A stretch of 32,000 nucleotides of DNA from Candidatus Midichloria mitochondrii IricVA (lineage in GTDB: Bacteria > Pseudomonadota > Alphaproteobacteria > Rickettsiales > Midichloriaceae). The notes under the pieces were generated by a model, which was given only the letters and a program-made list of their open reading frames with translations, was not told the DNA's origin and did not search any database. Shown one piece after another: positions 30,001-32,000 of this stretch. The translations under genes and the position numbers were made by a program. The DNA lies in assembly GCF_000219355.1 (NCBI RefSeq), contig NC_015722.1, positions 90,001 through 122,000 on the forward strand, in the 5' to 3' direction. Position 1 is the stretch's first letter, and every line of letters begins with the position of its first letter.

Positions 30001-30343
30001 TATTGATAGGATGATAGTTATAGGCTCCGATAAAATGATGGCTGCAGTTGCTTATGCAAGGCATAATAACTTAAGACATTTGTTTAAAGCTGGGCATATT
30101 GCAATTGGCTCCATCAATTCTCCTATGCAGTGCATGATGAAAGAGATATGTGCGCAGTGTTTGCAAATAAATGTAGACCCAAAGACTGGTGAAGAATACT
30201 ATGTGTATGGCTGCGCTGAGCAAGACCAAGAGCTTGATAGAGTTGATTTTAAGTGTTTAAGCACAAGATTATCTCAAAATCATGTCATGGAGAAAGTAAC
30301 CGGGAATATTATTGAGCAGATTGAAAAGGCAATGCCTGGTTAA
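27089..30343 (+). CDS. three-module iron-sulfur flavoprotein: unknown N-terminal domain, GltD/NfnB-like FAD/NAD(P)H oxidoreductase, and PyrK/NfnA-like FAD/[2Fe-2S] reductase
   Basis: 1084 aa. About aa 1-215 has no motif I recognise. Cys clusters CIHCHKQQKDSC...GCPL and ATGHRICNDCMKSC follow the GltD/NfnB pattern for two [4Fe-4S] clusters. Rossmann motifs VLVVGLGPAGFTLA and IVVVGGGLTAVDAA. The C-terminal third has FEPGQFYRL, MEPLALTGA, LMGPTG, VMLVGGGLGNAVLFSIGQA and CMMKEICAQC...YGC, as in PyrK/NfnA/SudB. The final 16 nt, including the stop, belong to the IS1 left end. Confidence 0.7.
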   Translation: MLNLKYVTFNDLYQRGGLIKIDQIFCRELKEFDEGLYDDFIKGRSTNFADSDLLIRLAPFVEKFISNLFDVNLEINKLKEVQQDLDILFECKRNFVQRRVAKQVSFTIEELENSISDAKEKLAQGGFDFHSAISMAKSITQWQQENNEELIEIAIIYAAWSLHNNKDSLLFSLPEKVDFEHLIEFDVREGIIKKADEELRNRDKFNLNDSGLSKSKAVGEAKYCIHCHKQQKDSCSKGLKKDEVIAKNGLGIVLHGCPLKEKISEMNLLRANGLILAPLAVAIIDNPMLAATGHRICNDCMKSCIYQKQKPVDIPLVETETLQTVLELPYGFEIYSLLTKWNPLNFKQWLPLPYNDHKVLVVGLGPAGFTLAHYLLNQGVSVVAIDGLKIEPLNQELSGISANGTRNEFFPIKNISDIYENLNDRVGAGFGGVTEYGITVRWNKNYLKVIRLLLERRSNFRMYGGIRFGSNITYVQAKELGFDHVALALGAGSPNLLSIPNALAGGVRTASDFLMALQLSGPNRQQNLANLQIELPIVVVGGGLTAVDAATESLNYYAEQVEKLLVRYELFGDEIFARLDEKERDTIEKFLAHARELRAKPDQKAKILQSLGGVTIIYRKSLTESPSYKLNHEELEKALEEGVMIIDNALPLSIEVDHDNHCTGIVHSKGLTPARTILVAIGTKPNTVLAKEDPKHFSIKENYFADEKLDDVSILGDLHPKYAGNVVKAMASAKDSYLPIIDKMKNQAPLNRINQREFFKDLDDLLLARILKVNRLTENIVEVIIKAKSAAMNFEPGQFYRLQNYAVNALKGKYGYTTTMEPLALTGAQVNKEEGSVSLIALEMLGSSNFCQYLQEGELVSLMGPTGIPTTIPKNETVMLVGGGLGNAVLFSIGQAMRNNGCKVLYFAGYRTLNDRYKESEIENAADIVVWCCDTRALPKNREQDLSFNCNIVEAIRRYGELQEAEIKLTSIDRMIVIGSDKMMAAVAYARHNNLRHLFKAGHIAIGSINSPMQCMMKEICAQCLQINVDPKTGEEYYVYGCAEQDQELDRVDFKCLSTRLSQNHVMEKVTGNIIEQIEKAMPG

Positions 30344-30795
30344 TTATAGGCGGCAATAAGAGGATGTGGTATCTTCATAGTAAAACGGGAGTAGAAATGA
30401 CAATCAAGTGTAAATATTGCGGCTCCACAGCTGAGCAGGTGAAGAATGGTGTGGTGTATGGACCAGCAAGAGGTAAAATAATAGGTGCAAGAATTGCAAA
30501 AAGAATTACCGAGAAGGTGATAAGCGGCAGAAATACACTATGAATGATAGACCTAAAACCTAACCTTGAGGACTGCGGGATTAGGGCGATAGAGAGACTG
30601 ACTGGAATCCATAACAGCCAAATATAGTCACTTAAGGATATCGAGGTCCTAGAGATTGAGGAGCTGTGCACATATATAAAAAAAGACCAAAGAATGGAAG
30701 TGGGAGTACGCCTTTATATGGATTGCTGTTAATAGAGAAGCGGGTGAAATTATTGACTTTGAAGGGTAGGGTGACGGGGGCAAGGCAACCTACCT
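30328..30795 (+). mobile_element. IS1-family remnant (copy 2), same orientation as copy 1, with a 67-bp internal deletion and a truncated 3' end
   Basis: Aligns by eye with 18872-19400 from the identical GGCAATGCCTGGT end onward. It lacks the 67 bp found at 19164-19230 in copy 1. Similarity stops near 30795, so the InsB C-terminal part and right inverted repeat are absent. Confidence 0.75.
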
Positions 30796-30872
30796 CCTTT
30801 TTGTTTCAAATATAATTTGATTTCTCGTGATCATGGATATATTTTGAAGAAAAATTTTTATAAAAGTTATCA

Positions 30873-31784
30873 GTGAATTGGTTTGCTCGTTTAAAGAAAG
30901 GTCTATTTAAAACTGCTAATACTCTGAGCTCTGGACTCAAAGTAATTTTAGACCGTAAAAAGCTTGATCAAGAGACTTTAGAAGAAATCCAAGATTTACT
31001 AGTATCAGCTGACGTAGGTTTTGCTATTGCGGATGAATTAACTAAGAAAATCTCTAACCTAAAGATCAAAAATGAAGATGACTTAGAACGCGGAGTCAAG
31101 GGCTTTTTGAATCATGAAATAACGGAGATGCTTAAGCCTTATGCCGTTGATTTAAAAATTATTGCTAAGCCTACTACAATTGTATTATGTGGAGTAAACG
31201 GTAATGGTAAAACTACTACTGCTGGTAAGTTAGCCAAGCGTTTTAAGGATGTAGGTAAGAGTGTTATGTTAGCGGCCTGTGATACTTTTAGAGCTTCGGC
31301 CGTTGAGCAATTGGTTGCTTGGAGTGAAAGAGTGGATTGTGCCATAGTAACTGGTCAAGATAAACAAGACCCCTCGAGTATTGCTTATAACGCGCAACTT
31401 CTAGTCCAAGAACAAAATATTGATGTACTAATAGTGGATACTGCTGGTAGATTACACAACAATCAAAATTTAATGTCTGAACTTGAAAAGACCGTTAGAG
31501 TGATACAAAAAATTAATTCAATCGCACCTCAAGAGATAATTATGGTATTAGATGGTAGCACGGGACAGAATGCTTTACAGCAACTTGAGGCCTTTATGAA
31601 AGTAGTGCAGATTACTGGCCTTATAATCACTAAGTTAGATAGCAGTGCAAAAGGAGGCATAGTGCTGACCTTGACCCAAAAATATAAAATTCCGATATAT
31701 GCAATTGGCATAGGAGAAGACATAGAAGACCTCAATTCTTTAGATCCTAAGTTGTTTGCAGATGCTATTGTGCACTACAGCTAA
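30873..31784 (+). CDS. ftsY: signal recognition particle receptor FtsY (short form, NG domain only)
   Basis: 303 aa. GVNGNGKTTTAGKLA (G1), DTAGR (G3), TKLD (G4). GTG start. Confidence 0.9.
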   Translation: MNWFARLKKGLFKTANTLSSGLKVILDRKKLDQETLEEIQDLLVSADVGFAIADELTKKISNLKIKNEDDLERGVKGFLNHEITEMLKPYAVDLKIIAKPTTIVLCGVNGNGKTTTAGKLAKRFKDVGKSVMLAACDTFRASAVEQLVAWSERVDCAIVTGQDKQDPSSIAYNAQLLVQEQNIDVLIVDTAGRLHNNQNLMSELEKTVRVIQKINSIAPQEIIMVLDGSTGQNALQQLEAFMKVVQITGLIITKLDSSAKGGIVLTLTQKYKIPIYAIGIGEDIEDLNSLDPKLFADAIVHYS

Positions 31785-31883
31785 GCATTATGAGTTAAAT
31801 TTATGAAAGTGCAGAGAGTTCGATGCTTACAATCTTTGAGCGACACTTAGATTTAGTCGCGCTCCAGTACCTAATTGAATTTC

Positions 31884-31960
31884 TGGCGTTCCCGACAGGA
31901 TTCGAACCTGCGACCTTTAGATTAGGAATCCAACGCTCTGTCCTGCTGAGCTACGGGAAC
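31884..31960 (-). tRNA. tRNA-Arg (anticodon CCT) with encoded CCA
   Basis: Folded by hand on the minus strand. Acceptor GTTCCCG/CGGGAAC; D arm GCTC-AGCAGGACA-GAGC; anticodon arm TTGGA-TTCCTAA-TCTAA (one G-T pair); variable AGGTC; T arm GCAGG-TTCGAAT-CCTGT; discriminator G; CCA. 77 nt. Confidence 0.9.
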
Positions 31961-32000
31961 TAGCGGTACAGTATATAAGCGGGTATTCTATTTATTATGA

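Overview
This is an AT-rich, compact bacterial window. Its gene content and fragmented synteny look like a Rickettsiales-type intracellular alphaproteobacterium that still has flagellar genes, possibly Midichloriaceae-like; that is a low-confidence inference, since no database was consulted. Most of the window is housekeeping. Left to right: nuoJ (partial), slt, ubiA, a solitary nuoC, and a compact biotin cluster (bioD-bioC-bioH-bioF on the minus strand, bioB divergent). Then hpf, efp, a bolA-family gene, grxD, a TauE/SafE permease plus an alphaproteobacterial TIGR02186-like membrane protein, sdhB, dksA, recR, and flgF-flgG-flgA-flgH. Then a sodium:alanine symporter, thrS-infC, obg, a 1084-aa multi-domain iron-sulfur flavoprotein, ftsY and tRNA-Arg(CCT). 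Between these lie visibly GC-richer patches of decayed accessory DNA: an IS982-family remnant, two dead IS1-family copies in direct orientation, a multiply frameshifted FG-GAP repeat surface-protein pseudogene, and three unidentifiable frameshifted coding remnants. I found no intact multi-gene novel system such as a defence island, CRISPR array or toxin-antitoxin pair. The items most worth a second look are: (1) the 1084-aa fusion of an unknown N-terminal domain with GltD/NfnB-like and PyrK/NfnA-like modules, whose last codons and stop come from an IS1 end; (2) the biotin cluster, laid out like the operon of obligate intracellular bacteria but lacking an adjacent bioA and carrying a frameshifted bioH; (3) the junk islands that replace the expected ribosomal-protein neighbours of infC and obg.
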